Of a stretch of DNA of 64,000 bases, positions 28,276-38,979 are shown piece after piece. Position numbers and translations under genes: made by a program. Origin of the DNA: Bugula neritina (taxonomy: Eukaryota > Animalia > Bryozoa); assembly GCA_964035545.1 (NCBI GenBank), contig OZ037769.1, positions 6,615,929-6,679,928 of the forward strand, read 5' to 3'. How positions within the stretch are numbered: the first letter of the stretch is position 1; each line of letters begins with the position of its first letter. Below the pieces are notes generated by a model that saw nothing but the letters and a program-made list of their open reading frames with translations, searched no databases and was not told the origin of the DNA.

Positions 28276-28872
28276 CATGAAAGGTGTAAACACTTGAAGT
28301 CAATTGGATAAGTCTATTAACTTGTCAATTATTAATGATAGATATCAATTTCTGTGTAATTTGCTTCAAAACTTTGCAACTACTCTCATCAATTTTATGG
28401 ATTAAAATAGAAAAGTAAAACATTCATCCTTAATTGATTGAAAGTAAATAGCATGTCATATGTGAAAAGCAAATAAATATTTGTTAAGTTATATTATTAT
28501 CATTTATATGGCTATTGTATTAGTTATGACTCTGGAAAAGATTATTGCATTTCAAACTGCTGATTCTAGAGAAATTCTATCTGGTTTTATTAGATGAAAA
28601 AATAATTAAATCTGTAGTTACTTAGCCTATGCTCTATAGTCTATAACATATAACTTTTCAATACCTATTTGAATATTTTGAAATGTTTTATTTTCTGGCT
28701 TTAAGTATATTTTGTATTATAAATTTTACACGAGAAAAGTAGCAATACAATTTCAATTAATTAAACTAATAAGCAGGAACTACATCATATCCATTATTGA
28801 ATTTCATATGCAGTCAAAACATTATAATTAAAATGAATTTTGTTCAGAAACAAGAGAACACAAAAGTTTTAA

Positions 28873-29640
28873 AGGATTGCTCTATCTTAGTTTATTACAA
28901 TCACATTATAATTATGAACTATAATCTAATGTGTATGCAAACAATTGTGACTTTGCAAAGGGATAGATGCCTAGAAAACAGCTTTTCAAAATTCCAATTT
29001 TGAGGGAGGTAAAATTTTCAGTCATGAAAAAGAATAGCCTAATACGTGACGTGTGAACGCCAGTAACTATGCTGCACGTGCTAACTATAACGCTAGTATT
29101 CAATGTTGCTGAGCGCAACATCAACCAATAACGCTCAAGCAGTTACAGTGCGCTATATAGGTCAGCTTTGGTGCGCCTATAATATTGCACAATCTGACCT
29201 AGTTTAGATCTATCGCAGGCATTCATCCTAAAGAATGCATGTTTTTGCGATGCTTTTTTCTATGCTTACAAGCAAAATATGGCCTAATGTTATCACATAC
29301 ATGTTATTTAACATGTCAAAAAACTATAGATTGAGATAATTCACATTTGCACTTCTATAAATATACAAATTACGAGCTGAAAGATCACATCTCACAGTCA
29401 TATTTCTATAGTTATTCATTTGTATAGTCACGTGACCAGCAGGAATGCTGGCGCTGTTACGTCACAGTTCCCAGCTCATTTCAAAATCGGCGTTTTGGCT
29501 GTTACCAATCTACACCCTCAACTTCAACTAACTTTTTCTACCTTTGGTCAAATGCTTTTTGTCAATGCATGCTTAGAAAAACACAATATTATGTGTGTTT
29601 GACCTAAATGGCCATTTATTAGACAAGATAGAGCAATCCT
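28873..29640. mobile_element. Non-autonomous TTAA-targeting DNA transposon (Kolobok/T2-like MITE)
   Basis: TTAA|AGGATTGCTCTATCTT ... AAGATAGAGCAATCCT|TTAA, with diverged subterminal inverted similarity. Confidence 0.75.
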
Positions 29641-29659
29641 TTAAACTTCAGCCTTCATA

Positions 29660-29730
29660 CTCACGGAAGTTTATAGTCACCATCTCTGTGAGAAACCGCT
29701 GATAGAAGGGGTTTTTGTCAGATCGGGTTA
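29660..29730 (-). mobile_element. 3' fragment of the same SINE family
   Basis: agtttatagtcaccatctctgtgagaaaccgctgatagaaggggtttttgt matches the SINE 3' half. Confidence 0.7.
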
Positions 29731-30239
29731 AAGACATATATATATATATTATGTGCACGAATTACATTGAACACACCTTAATCTAAATTGTTATGACCTA
29801 ATTATTTTAATTTAGGGTTGTGCTCTCTCTCATTCTCTGCATGACATTTCAATTTTAAATAATTTGGCTTGTGGGTAATTTCAACAGAAGTAAAACATGA
29901 GAAAAGGTACTAATTGTACACTTTTATAACAAGTCTACTAAAATATTGATAAAATGTATGATACTTTCCTGCATTTTTTTATGACACATAATATACTGCA
30001 TACTAAGCTTAATATTATAGTGTGTCGCTGTTAGTACTTTAGCCTGGCTTACCTGTAACACACTTGGCGGAGCAGCAAAAGAATAGAACAAAATGGTTAA
30101 GTTAATGTATGTAAATATATAGAGCAGAGTTGTCATGGTTGGCCTCCATCCCCTTGAGAGATGATGACCAGGTAGGGTCATGATTGATTGCTGAAACTCC
30201 TCATGTCACTGCGAAGGTTCATACGGGAGGGGAGGCATA

Positions 30240-30397
30240 GGTGCAGTAATAGAGAAATTGCGAAAAGCTTGTGTTGTAGATTAGAAAAGTACCAAAAAAG
30301 TTATGTTCTCACGAGAATTTCAACCCGTGCCCCAGATCAAAGTTTGTAAAGAGATTTAAAGAACATAGGCTATTTTAATTTTCTCCACTATTGCACC
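30240..30397. mobile_element. Short TA-flanked MITE (Tc1/mariner-like)
   Basis: TA|GGTGCAGTAATAGAGAAATT ... AATTTTCTCCACTATTGCACC|TA, interrupting the RTE tail. Confidence 0.55.
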
Positions 30398-30651
30398 TAA
30401 ATGCGGGGTGACAGTCTTTGCTGCAGAGACTACATACGTGTATTGTTGCTGCCTGCTCTATGCAGCTGTATTTGCTGGTGGCGTTTACGTCTTCGTCGTC
30501 TAGACAGTGAAACTTTGATCAGCTGACCTGATCCTGCTTTGCACTGCAGACCTCAAGGACTCTTAGGCGCTGCACAAGGCTTTACCTTGACTGCATATCA
30601 AGTTCAGAGCTCTTCATATCCTGTTTGCAGAAGCCTTGACATGTAATCTTG

Positions 30652-30873
30652 AAGTAGCTGTGGTCTAGGGGTTAGAGCATTTGCCCAGTAGACACGAAGT
30701 CATGGGTTCGAACCCGACAGAGGCCATTGGTGATGTTAGGAAAGGCATCCAGTCATTATTACTCCTGTGCCTCATCTGAATAATTCTTTAGGCTGATATA
30801 ACAAAAAACTCTTTCTATCAGGGGTTTTCTCATAGGGATGGCAACTATAAACTTGTGTGAGTTTTTAAAAACA
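30652..30873 (+). mobile_element. Full-length tRNA-derived SINE with target-site duplication
   Basis: A box TGGTCTAGGGGTTAGAGC, B box GGTTCGAACC; flanking direct repeat TAATCTTG (30644-30651, 30874-30881). Confidence 0.85.
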
Positions 30874-31523
30874 TAATCTTGGACTACTATGGAGTCTGAA
30901 GCCTTTTGCAAGCTTCCCATACAGCAGACTCCTAGAAATTCGACCATCTTCTATTCTGAACACACGGAGATCCCCGCTAGCTTAGAAGGGTGAAAAATGT
31001 TGGCATCAGTCCAGCAGCTCAGTAAAAAGTGCTACTATTTGAAACGCTGTTGCTATTTAATCCTGATTATGCCTCTCATGCAAACAGCGGAGATGAAAGC
31101 TGTTTAATTGCTTTTTCTGAGAATGTCCATGTTTCACTGGAAGAGAGTAATGTGGACAATATGTATGCAATAATATGCATCTTAGTGTTTGCCGAAAGAC
31201 TGACAGCTGTTTGTTCATGCACTCTTGTGTAGCCTGGGGACTACTGCAAAAGCTTTGGCAATCATTGAGTTAATCTCAGACTTGAGAGAGAGGTTCACGC
31301 TGGTGGTAGACTCTAGATACTAAAATCTGTCCAGTATGGAGTTGAGTTCCAAACTCTCTATACCTCTTCCGTCGTTTTTATGCGGAGGTCTTACAAAAAT
31401 ATATCATAAATCATGCAAACTTTTGTTAAACTAATGAATAAACCAATATTAATAAAATTAGACTAATTGGATTTAAAAAGTCATGTGCACACATGCTAGC
31501 AAATTCAAATCAGCTTTTGCTAT

Positions 31524-31828
31524 TGTTATAGTTTTCAGATTTAGGGTTGATGTGCCACCAAGAGAGTCTATTTAACACTAGAGAAACTTCACCAGTTAAG
31601 TCGAGTAGATATCGTTATATTTAATACAAGAATACATAATAAAAATCCAATGTACAGCAATAATGATACGCACGTCTATTTAGTTTACAGCACTATCCTC
31701 AACTGAGCTAGTAGCGCGAAGCGGCTACTATTACTTATAAAACAGCCTAGCTAATTGGCTAATACATTGTTCCGGGTCAATACGCAACCTTGCGTATTGT
31801 GTTGCTGGTAGCTCCACGAGCCACCACA
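31524..31828 (-). repeat. 3' LTR of Gypsy element 1
   Basis: Direct repeat of 38675-38979; G-rich PPT immediately internal (31829-31842). Confidence 0.97.
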
Positions 31829-32096
31829 CTGCCCCCCCCAGCAGAAAGCCCACTTTCTGATAAAATAAAATTTACATAAAAAAAACGTATACTTCGTTGT
31901 GGGGGGTAAGAGAACAGTATAAAAGTATATACAAAAAAAAACAACTGATAAAAATATACAGGTATATATAACGTGCACACTAAGTAATAAGCAAGAGAAG
32001 GTCCTATCTACATGTAGAGTACGTGCCACCATTACGGTAGGGAATGCCACAGAGAGGTAGGGGAATGAGTAGTATGGAGTTGTAGGTAGACTCGAG

Positions 32097-33170
32097 TTAA
32101 CTGCGGGCCGCACGCTTCATGCGTTTAATAGACTCCTGTAAGTATTTGAGTTCACTGGATGCAGCCTGTACCCGTGGAGCCAGCCTGTACACTTCTTGCT
32201 CCAAGTCGTGCGCCCTAGCTTCTACTTCACGTAGGTTGCGGGCCCAGGGGGACGAGCAAGAGGAAGTCGGCTGTCTGTGTCTTTTCCGCTCTGAGGATGG
32301 AAGGGGAGGAGGGAGTGTATACGCATTTGTGTCTACCCTCTGTAGTACGACACGAGGAAAGGTATGCGGCATGCGTAGAGGACTGTGGGGTGGAGAGTTA
32401 GTAGACTGGGTAGGTTTATCTGCGGCTCCAGAGATGATGGGTCGCGGGGAAGGGAAGCCTTGCTCCAGGCGAGATAGCCGAGCTGAGTCAGTGATGAGTG
32501 GTTTGATGGCGTTGAGAAAGGCAGGATAGGATGATTCGTCTACTTCATAGACATGCCCTTGATAACACTGCATAGTACGTTGGTGCCGCAACAGGTAATC
32601 ACGATTGTAGCTATATTCTCCGCAAGGGCAGAAAGTGGTGATGTAGTGTTGCGGCAAGTGTACTTTTAGTCTGCGGTGGGTCGTGAATCGCTGCTGGCAG
32701 AGGTTGCATTCACGATTACTCTCACCTCCTTGATGGGTCCTGATCTCTCTCTCTGTGGCAGGGGTAATCCAGTTGGAGGTTGCTTCCAACTGGGGTGGCA
32801 GTTGCCTGGTTGTAGAAGTTGTTGGGGCCGGCTCTGAGTCCCACGCCATCTCTAGAGAAGGCATGCCCGGAGAGACGGGCGCGAGTGTGTCTACAAAAGT
32901 AGAATTAGTGTTAGATCGCGGTGGATCTTTACAACCTAATTCTAGTGACTGTCGACCGTTGCTAGCCTGAGGGTCACAGCTTTTGGAATGCACTCGAGGA
33001 ACTGATGAATCATGTGTGGACTGACCAAGAACAGTGTCTAGCTCCAGGTCTAACAGACCATCGGCCATTACAGTGTCTTCATCGTCATTCACATGAAACG
33101 TGGTTCCCAGTAATTCTGATTCAATCTGCTGAATTAGTTCAGAATCTACTGGCATCGAGCCCGTTTCCAT
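32097..33170 (-). CDS. ORF3 accessory protein, 357 aa: acidic N-terminus, C2H2 + C2HC zinc fingers, PxVxL motif, basic patch, C-terminal coiled coil
   Basis: Intact 1074-nt ORF between pol and the 3' LTR; CNLC-x12-HLPQH, CPCGEYSYNRDYLLRHQRTMQC, FPRVVLQRV, RKRHR, heptads LREVEARAHDLEQEVYRL..LKYLQESIKRMK. No signal peptide or TM segment. Confidence 0.85.
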   Translation of the reverse strand: METGSMPVDSELIQQIESELLGTTFHVNDDEDTVMADGLLDLELDTVLGQSTHDSSVPRVHSKSCDPQASNGRQSLELGCKDPPRSNTNSTFVDTLAPVSPGMPSLEMAWDSEPAPTTSTTRQLPPQLEATSNWITPATEREIRTHQGGESNRECNLCQQRFTTHRRLKVHLPQHYITTFCPCGEYSYNRDYLLRHQRTMQCYQGHVYEVDESSYPAFLNAIKPLITDSARLSRLEQGFPSPRPIISGAADKPTQSTNSPPHSPLRMPHTFPRVVLQRVDTNAYTLPPPLPSSERKRHRQPTSSCSSPWARNLREVEARAHDLEQEVYRLAPRVQAASSELKYLQESIKRMKRAARS

Positions 33171-33307
33171 GAATAGGAATACAAGACTTATACTGGCTTA
33201 CCTGGGAACTCGGTATTAATGTCCATACTCAACGTTCTTGGTAAGGTTGGAGCTGGTTGTGAGATACGTCTGCCTTTGGCGATGTCAGCATAAGAAAAGG
33301 CTGAGCA

Positions 33308-36300
33308 TCATTTCTGAGGCACGAGGTCGGAACTATTTGCTTTACGCGCATTAATTCCTCCCACTATTCCGCCCTCGCAAAAGTTGATATTTGCGTGGGG
33401 TTCACAACTCCAACATTTTATCGTACGGTTTTCCCCTAGACTTTCATGTGCGCCGCTTCTAATGCAGTCACATATGAAGTCTTTCAAATACGGTGGGGGT
33501 TTCCTCGTACGCTGTCCCCTTTCTAGGGGGGGGGGGGGTGACACGCTTGCCGGTTCGTTAGTAGGGGCCTCTAATGGCGTCTCTACTTCACCGTTAGCAG
33601 TCACCTCTTCTTGTTCTCCGGATGGAGCCCCTCCCTCCGTGGGGGTTTGCACTTCCGGAACCGGCTCGGTTTCTGGAAGTGATGGAATTAGACTTGGCGG
33701 TGGCGGATACGCTTCTGTTGACAAAAGCTGCCGCTCCTCTCTCACCAAGTTTTCCTCCCGCGGTATGACCACTTCGTATTCAGGTCCATGCCGCCGTCGC
33801 CCGCGCGTCGTTGTCTGCCTCCTGGGCTCTAACAACGGGGGGGCTTCTCCCACTCCGTCAGGGCTAGCCCAATACGGTTTCAAGCGAGACTCATTCTGGA
33901 TAGACACCTGTCCTGAGCGCTCAATCTTGTACGTATGATTGGGCATAGCCTCGACGACCACGTAGGGGCCTACGAACTTAGGCTTCAACTTATCAGCCTG
34001 TCCGCGGCGCCTACGGTAATTGACCATCCACACCTTATCTCCCCTTTGATAGAGAGGTGGTTCATCGGAATCTTCGTGCCGCACCTTCCACTGCTGTTGA
34101 CGCAGTATATCGTGTGCGGCCTTCATCCGTTCCACTAGTTCACTGGCATACTCGTGAACCGAGTTGTCTTGCTCTGGAACGTGATAGGTGAGATGGTCAG
34201 GGACGCGAGTCTCTCTCCCGAGCATCAAGAGGTTTGGGGTCTCACCAGTACTGGTGTGTGGGGTGCTACGGTATGCACGCATGACTTGCGGCAACACCGT
34301 ATCCCATTCCTCTTGACCCCGTCCAAGGAGGAGACTCCGGAGTGCATCACCTAGCATCCGGTTGTTGCGCTCCACCACCCCGTTACCTTGAGGGTGGTAG
34401 GGGGTGGTCCTGCTCTGATTTACTCCCCAGAGGTGGCAAAGGTCGCTCATCAGTTGAGACTGGAATTGAGCACCTTGATCAGAGTGTATCTGTTCGGGAA
34501 GCCCAAAATAACAGAATACATGTTGGTCTAGTGCCCTGGCCACTGTTGGGGCTGATGCATCTGGGATAGCCAGAGCATCCGCCCACCTAGTAAAGTGGTC
34601 GGTTAGTACTAGGATCCAATTATTGCCTCTGGGGGTCAGGGGCATGGATCCGACCAGGTCTACAGCGACTACTTGCCAGGGCCTACCAGCATATAGCCTC
34701 CGCCGTCCTGCTTCACCAGGGGGGCGGCTATGCTTACTGGCCTGGCAGATCTCACACTGTTTGACTCTGAGCCGGACGTCACGCTCCATCTGCGGCCAAT
34801 ACCACCGGAGTCGTAATTTGGATATCACTCGCTTGACCCCTGCGTGGGCCTGCTTGTGAGTATCCCAAATCAACTCACGGCGGATGGCTGTGGGGCAGAC
34901 TACCCTCTTCCTTTCCGGGTGTCTGCCGCTGGCAGCTAGAGAGATGGTTAGTAACCCATCCTGCCCGATCCGCAGCGAGTCCCAACGCTGACAGTATAGC
35001 CGGAACTCGGCGCATCCCTGTCGTATGCGTTCCTCGCTGGGTCGTCGCCCTTCCCTTTTGGCCCGGTATATGTCTGCCACGACCCCAGGCAGCTCTTCTT
35101 GGAGCTTCTTCAGCTCTCGAACATTACCGGCCAGTACAGGGTTGGCGCGGAGGTTTTGTACATCCTCCGGGGACTCATCAACTCTTTGCCTGAGTTGACC
35201 TTGATCCCAATCAAACGGTGCTCCGTGATGAGCCAGCGTCTCCAACTCGCATCGTGGGGGACCTCCATCCCTCCTCTCGATGTTGAGACACTGTTTGCAA
35301 CCTCCGTCAGGTCGGCGAATCAACCCATCCGCATTGCTGTGTCTCTTGCCCGGTCGATGTTCGATCCGGTATGAGAATTCAGCTAGGATTTTGAGCCACC
35401 GTGCGACCTGACTAGAGGGCTCTGCTCTCCTGCACAACCAGATCAGCGAGGCATGATCCGTACGCAGCCGGAACTTCCTGCCATATAGGTATGGTCTGAA
35501 GTGCTTCACTGACTTGATTACTGCCAGCAGCTCCTTGCGGGTAGTGCAGTAGTTTCGTTCAGCGGGAGAGAGAGACTTGCTGTAGTAGGCTACTACTACC
35601 TCTCGGCCTTCCTGCACTTGTGACAGCACAGCGCCAACATTCTGGTCACTGGCGTCCGTGTCTAGGATGTACTCCAGAGTGGGGTCTGGGTAGGCCAAGA
35701 TGGGCGCCGTCAGTAGGCAGCCCTTGAGGCAGTCGAACGCTTCTTGTTCGACTGGAGTCCACTGCCACGTCACTCCCTTTGCGGTGAGCCGGTTTAACGG
35801 CTGGGCTATGCCCGCAAAGTCTGGTATGTATTGCCTGTAATACCCTACCAGCCCCAAGAAAGCCCGGAGTCCGGTCAAGTCTTGGGGGGTGACCCAGTCT
35901 TCTACTGCCCGTACCTTTTCGGGATCCGTTGCCACGCCGTTTCGACCGACAACGTGCCCCAGGTACTTGACCTCCGGCTGCAAGAGAGCGCACTTGGAAG
36001 GTTTGAGCTTAAGACCGGCACCTCGGAGTCTCTCGAAAACCTCCTGCAGACGACTGACATGTGTCTCGAAGTCTGGAGAGATTACGATGACATCATCGAG
36101 GTAGACCAGCAGTGTCTTCCAATGGAGTCTGCTAAGGACTTGTTCCATCAGCCTCTGGAAGGTGGCTGGGGCGGAGGTTAACCCGAAGGGCAGCACCTTC
36201 CACTTCCACAAACCGTCCCGTGTGATAAACGCCGCTTTCTCTTGGGCGTCGGGACTCAGAGGAACCTGCCAATAGCCGCTTAGCAAGTCTAACGTACTGA

Positions 36301-37826
36301 AGTACTTGCTGCCGGCTAGGGCGTCCAATGACTCGTCAATACGAGGTAGAGGGTAGGCGTCCTGTATGGTTACGCTATTGAGTTTGCGGTAGTCCACACA
36401 GAACCGCCAACTGCCGTCTTTCTTCCGGACCAGTACGACTGGCGAGCTCCACGCACTATGGGCGGGCTCTATCAGTCCCCGGTCCAGAAGATCCCGTACT
36501 TGTCGGCTAACCTCCTTCTCTTTCTCCGGCCCCAGCCTGCGCGTGGGCTGCCGGACAGGGGCTGTCCCTGCAGTCAGCGGTATTTCGTGTCTGACAATTC
36601 CAGTCAGTCCCACGTCATGCTCTCCGCTGCTGAACACATCACCGTAGTCGCGTAGTAACTTGGCCATAGCTTGGCGTTCTCTGTTACTCGCGCAGCCGCC
36701 ACTGGCTGTTTCGTATAACTCCCGGAGATGTGTTGGGACTGCCCCTCGTCCCTGAATAGGGTGTCGAGGGGGTGCCTCCGTCGCGTCACCCAGCGACGGG
36801 CCCACGTCCTCCTCCTGGACGGAATGGAACCGGCCCAGCATTGACCCAGCTGGGAGCTCAATGGGCTCGGTAAAGGGGTTGACGCACTGCACTAAGACCT
36901 CCCCTCGCTCAGTTAGTCGGTTTAAACTACTGGCGAGTTGGATCTTTTCGTGCGCGCTTTCAACGACCCCGAGCCTGGCTATCCGGTTGCTGTTCACTCG
37001 GCAGTGGATAGTAGCTCTGGAGCGTCCGGGTACGGTGCAGTTTCGGACTACCTGAACACCGCCCACCAGAGGACGCCCAAACTTATCCACACAGGCGAGT
37101 TCTCGCCCGCCCATCAGCACCACCGACTTACTGAAATCTATTCGGCACTGGCGTTGCTTCAAGAAGGGCATTCCGAGGATAGCATCTTCCTCCAGTTGAC
37201 CTATGATAAAGGTCTCCTGTACAGCCTGATCTCGGACACGCCCAGGGAGCTCGATAATACCATAAAAGGGGATACATGACCCGTCTGCCAGGGTGCCATG
37301 TTCTCCAGTATACGGTCGTACTCTATCCCTGTCCCGGCGGGGCAGTGCCTCAAAGACTCTACGACTGAGAAGGTTGGTAGTACAACCGGAGTCGAGCAGG
37401 AAAGTGACGGCGTTGCCGGCCACCTTTCCGGGTAGGAAATAGCTCTCTCCATGTGGTTGTACTTTCACCCCCCCCCCCCCCCGCATGTGCTGTCCTGGTT
37501 TGACAGGACGGCGGGGGTTTCACCCGTGGTTTACGGGGCTTCCGGCGGCGAGGTTGGTGCCGGCGGGGTTTGGGCCTCTCCACTGGGCCTTCTGGCTCCA
37601 TTTCAGTGGCGGGCTCCTCTTCCCGAGGTAACCGGTGAAACCGGTTAGCGAGTGGCAGGGAGAAGGTACTGGGCCGTTGTGCGGGCCTACTAGTCCTACG
37701 TGGTACCTGCCACTCGGGTGGAATGTTCCGCCGTGTCCGTACGGACAGACGACGGCGCGTTCCACCATACTCCTTTAGTTGCGGCCCGCGGGGAGGGAGT
37801 GTGTCCGCGGGCCGTGACAGTTTAAC
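33308..37826 (-). CDS. pol: Pol polyprotein (PR-RT-RNase H-IN), predicted to be entered by -1 frameshift at ~37820-37826; frame offset at the G15 run 37468-37482
   Basis: ORF 33308-37486 has LLDSG, YLDD, DAS, HHCC, D..D..E and GPY motifs. The -1 frame is open from the slippery site to the G15 run (LANRFHRL..MEPEGP..). Confidence 0.93.
37769..37826 (-). promoter_or_regulatory. Candidate -1 ribosomal frameshift signal (G UUA AAC + hairpin/H-type pseudoknot)
   Basis: Heptamer in the gag frame, 5-nt spacer, 10-bp stem CGGCCCGCGG/CCGCGGGCCG; loop ACUCC is complementary to a downstream GGAGU. Confidence 0.75.
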
Positions 37827-38641
37827 GCCCCCTGGTATTGGGGTCGTCCTTTCTGTCCCTGGTCCTGATCAGCGCTACTCCAGCCCTGCCCCACAGATGT
37901 TGGGGGCATCCGCAAGGCCTGACTGGGGCCAGCACCGGCCAGAATGGTTACCAATTGTCCCAGCATCTCTACCATGCGGTCCACTTCGGCTTCCAGCGGG
38001 AGGGCTTCGGAGCCTGTCGTAGCCCTGGCAGCGCTGACTCCAACTACTGGAGGGTTCCTTTGTGCTCGATGCATTTGGGTAGCCAACAGGTAAGCTTCTC
38101 CAGCCTTCAGGGCATCCTCTATTCTGGTTATCCCTTTAGCTCGTAGGTGATGGTCTAGGCCCAGGTCATTTAGGGACTGGACAAAGGCGTCATAGGTGTA
38201 ACGCTCTTGGTGTTGTGCTGGCAGATCGCTATATGCAATCTGCGCCAGCTTCTTCACCGTCGCGGCATGTTCTTGCAGCGAGGTCCGCGGGGTGCGGCAC
38301 AATCTCTCCAGCTTGGTCCTAGCGTCTATGACGGAGGTGCCAAAACGGGCCCGCAGCGCAGCCAGTATGCCGTCTACGTCCGTTCCCACTCCGTACGGCT
38401 TGGCTTGCTCCGTCACCGCCCTCCGCAATTGGATAAGGGCCACTCTATGCGGCCATTGAGCAACTTCCATTACCTCTCTAAATTCTTGTATAAATTGTTC
38501 GACATCTTCCGACCCAGTAAAGGTGGGAGCTTTCAAGCAATGTCTATAAGCTTCTTCTCCTTCACGATTCACAGGATTAACAGCATTTCTACGCTCACCT
38601 TCTACTGGGGGTGGTTGCATTCTAGCATTTTCAGTCTCCAT
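37775..38641 (-). CDS. gag: Gag, 288 aa, without a CCHC knuckle
   Basis: First ORF after the PBS; capsid-like APTFTGSEDVEQFIQEF..W..LRARFG. Confidence 0.9.
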   Translation of the reverse strand: METENARMQPPPVEGERRNAVNPVNREGEEAYRHCLKAPTFTGSEDVEQFIQEFREVMEVAQWPHRVALIQLRRAVTEQAKPYGVGTDVDGILAALRARFGTSVIDARTKLERLCRTPRTSLQEHAATVKKLAQIAYSDLPAQHQERYTYDAFVQSLNDLGLDHHLRAKGITRIEDALKAGEAYLLATQMHRAQRNPPVVGVSAARATTGSEALPLEAEVDRMVEMLGQLVTILAGAGPSQALRMPPTSVGQGWSSADQDQGQKGRPQYQGALNCHGPRTHSLPAGRN

Positions 38642-38655
38642 CTTTGATATACACT

Positions 38656-38673
38656 ATCCCACCGCTGCCACCA
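38656..38673 (-). promoter_or_regulatory. Primer-binding site, tRNA-Leu
   Basis: TGGTGGCAGCGGTGGGAT, complementary to the 3' 18 nt of animal tRNA-Leu (AAG/TAG type), 1 nt from the 5' LTR. Confidence 0.88.
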
Positions 38674-38674
38674 C

Positions 38675-38979
38675 TGTTATAGTTTTCAGATTTAGGGTTG
38701 ATGTGCCACCAAGAGAGTCTATTTAACACTAGAGAAACTTCACCAGTTAAGTCGAGTAGATATCGTTATATTTAATACAAGAATACATAATAAAAATCCA
38801 ATGTACAGCAATAATGATACGCACGTCTATTTAGTTTACAGCACTATCCTCAACTGAGCTAGTAGCGCGAAGCGGCTACTATTACTTATAAAACAGCCTA
38901 GCTAATTGGCTAATACATTGTTCCGGGTCAATACGCAACCTTGCGTATTGTGTTGCTGGTAGCTCCACGAGCCACCACA
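38675..38979 (-). repeat. 5' LTR of Gypsy element 1
   Basis: Direct repeat of 31524-31828. Confidence 0.97.

Larger units (their letters stand above)
30130..31340 (-). mobile_element. Decayed 3' fragment of an RTE-clade LINE, interrupted by a SINE and a MITE
   Basis: Reverse-strand translation gives F*YLESTTSVNLSLKSEINSMIAKA, NTKMHI..LSTLLSSSETWT, FHLRCL, RIEDGRISRSLLYGKLAKG and C-terminal CSLCSKDCH, with many stops and frameshifts. Confidence 0.8.
31524..38979 (-). mobile_element. Full-length, very young Ty3/Gypsy LTR retrotransposon with gag, pol and an extra ORF3
   Basis: 305-bp TG..CA LTRs at 31524-31828 and 38675-38979 that appear identical; 4-bp TSD CTAT (31520-31523, 38980-38983); PBS, PPT and PR-RT-RH-IN domain order. 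Confidence 0.98.

Noticed and set aside
32097-33170. ORF3 as an env gene
   Set aside because: No signal peptide, fusion peptide or TM anchor; it has nuclear-protein motifs instead.
32119-38647. Many + strand ORFs antisense to Gypsy element 1
   Set aside because: Expected shadows of GC-rich coding sequence; no recognisable motifs.
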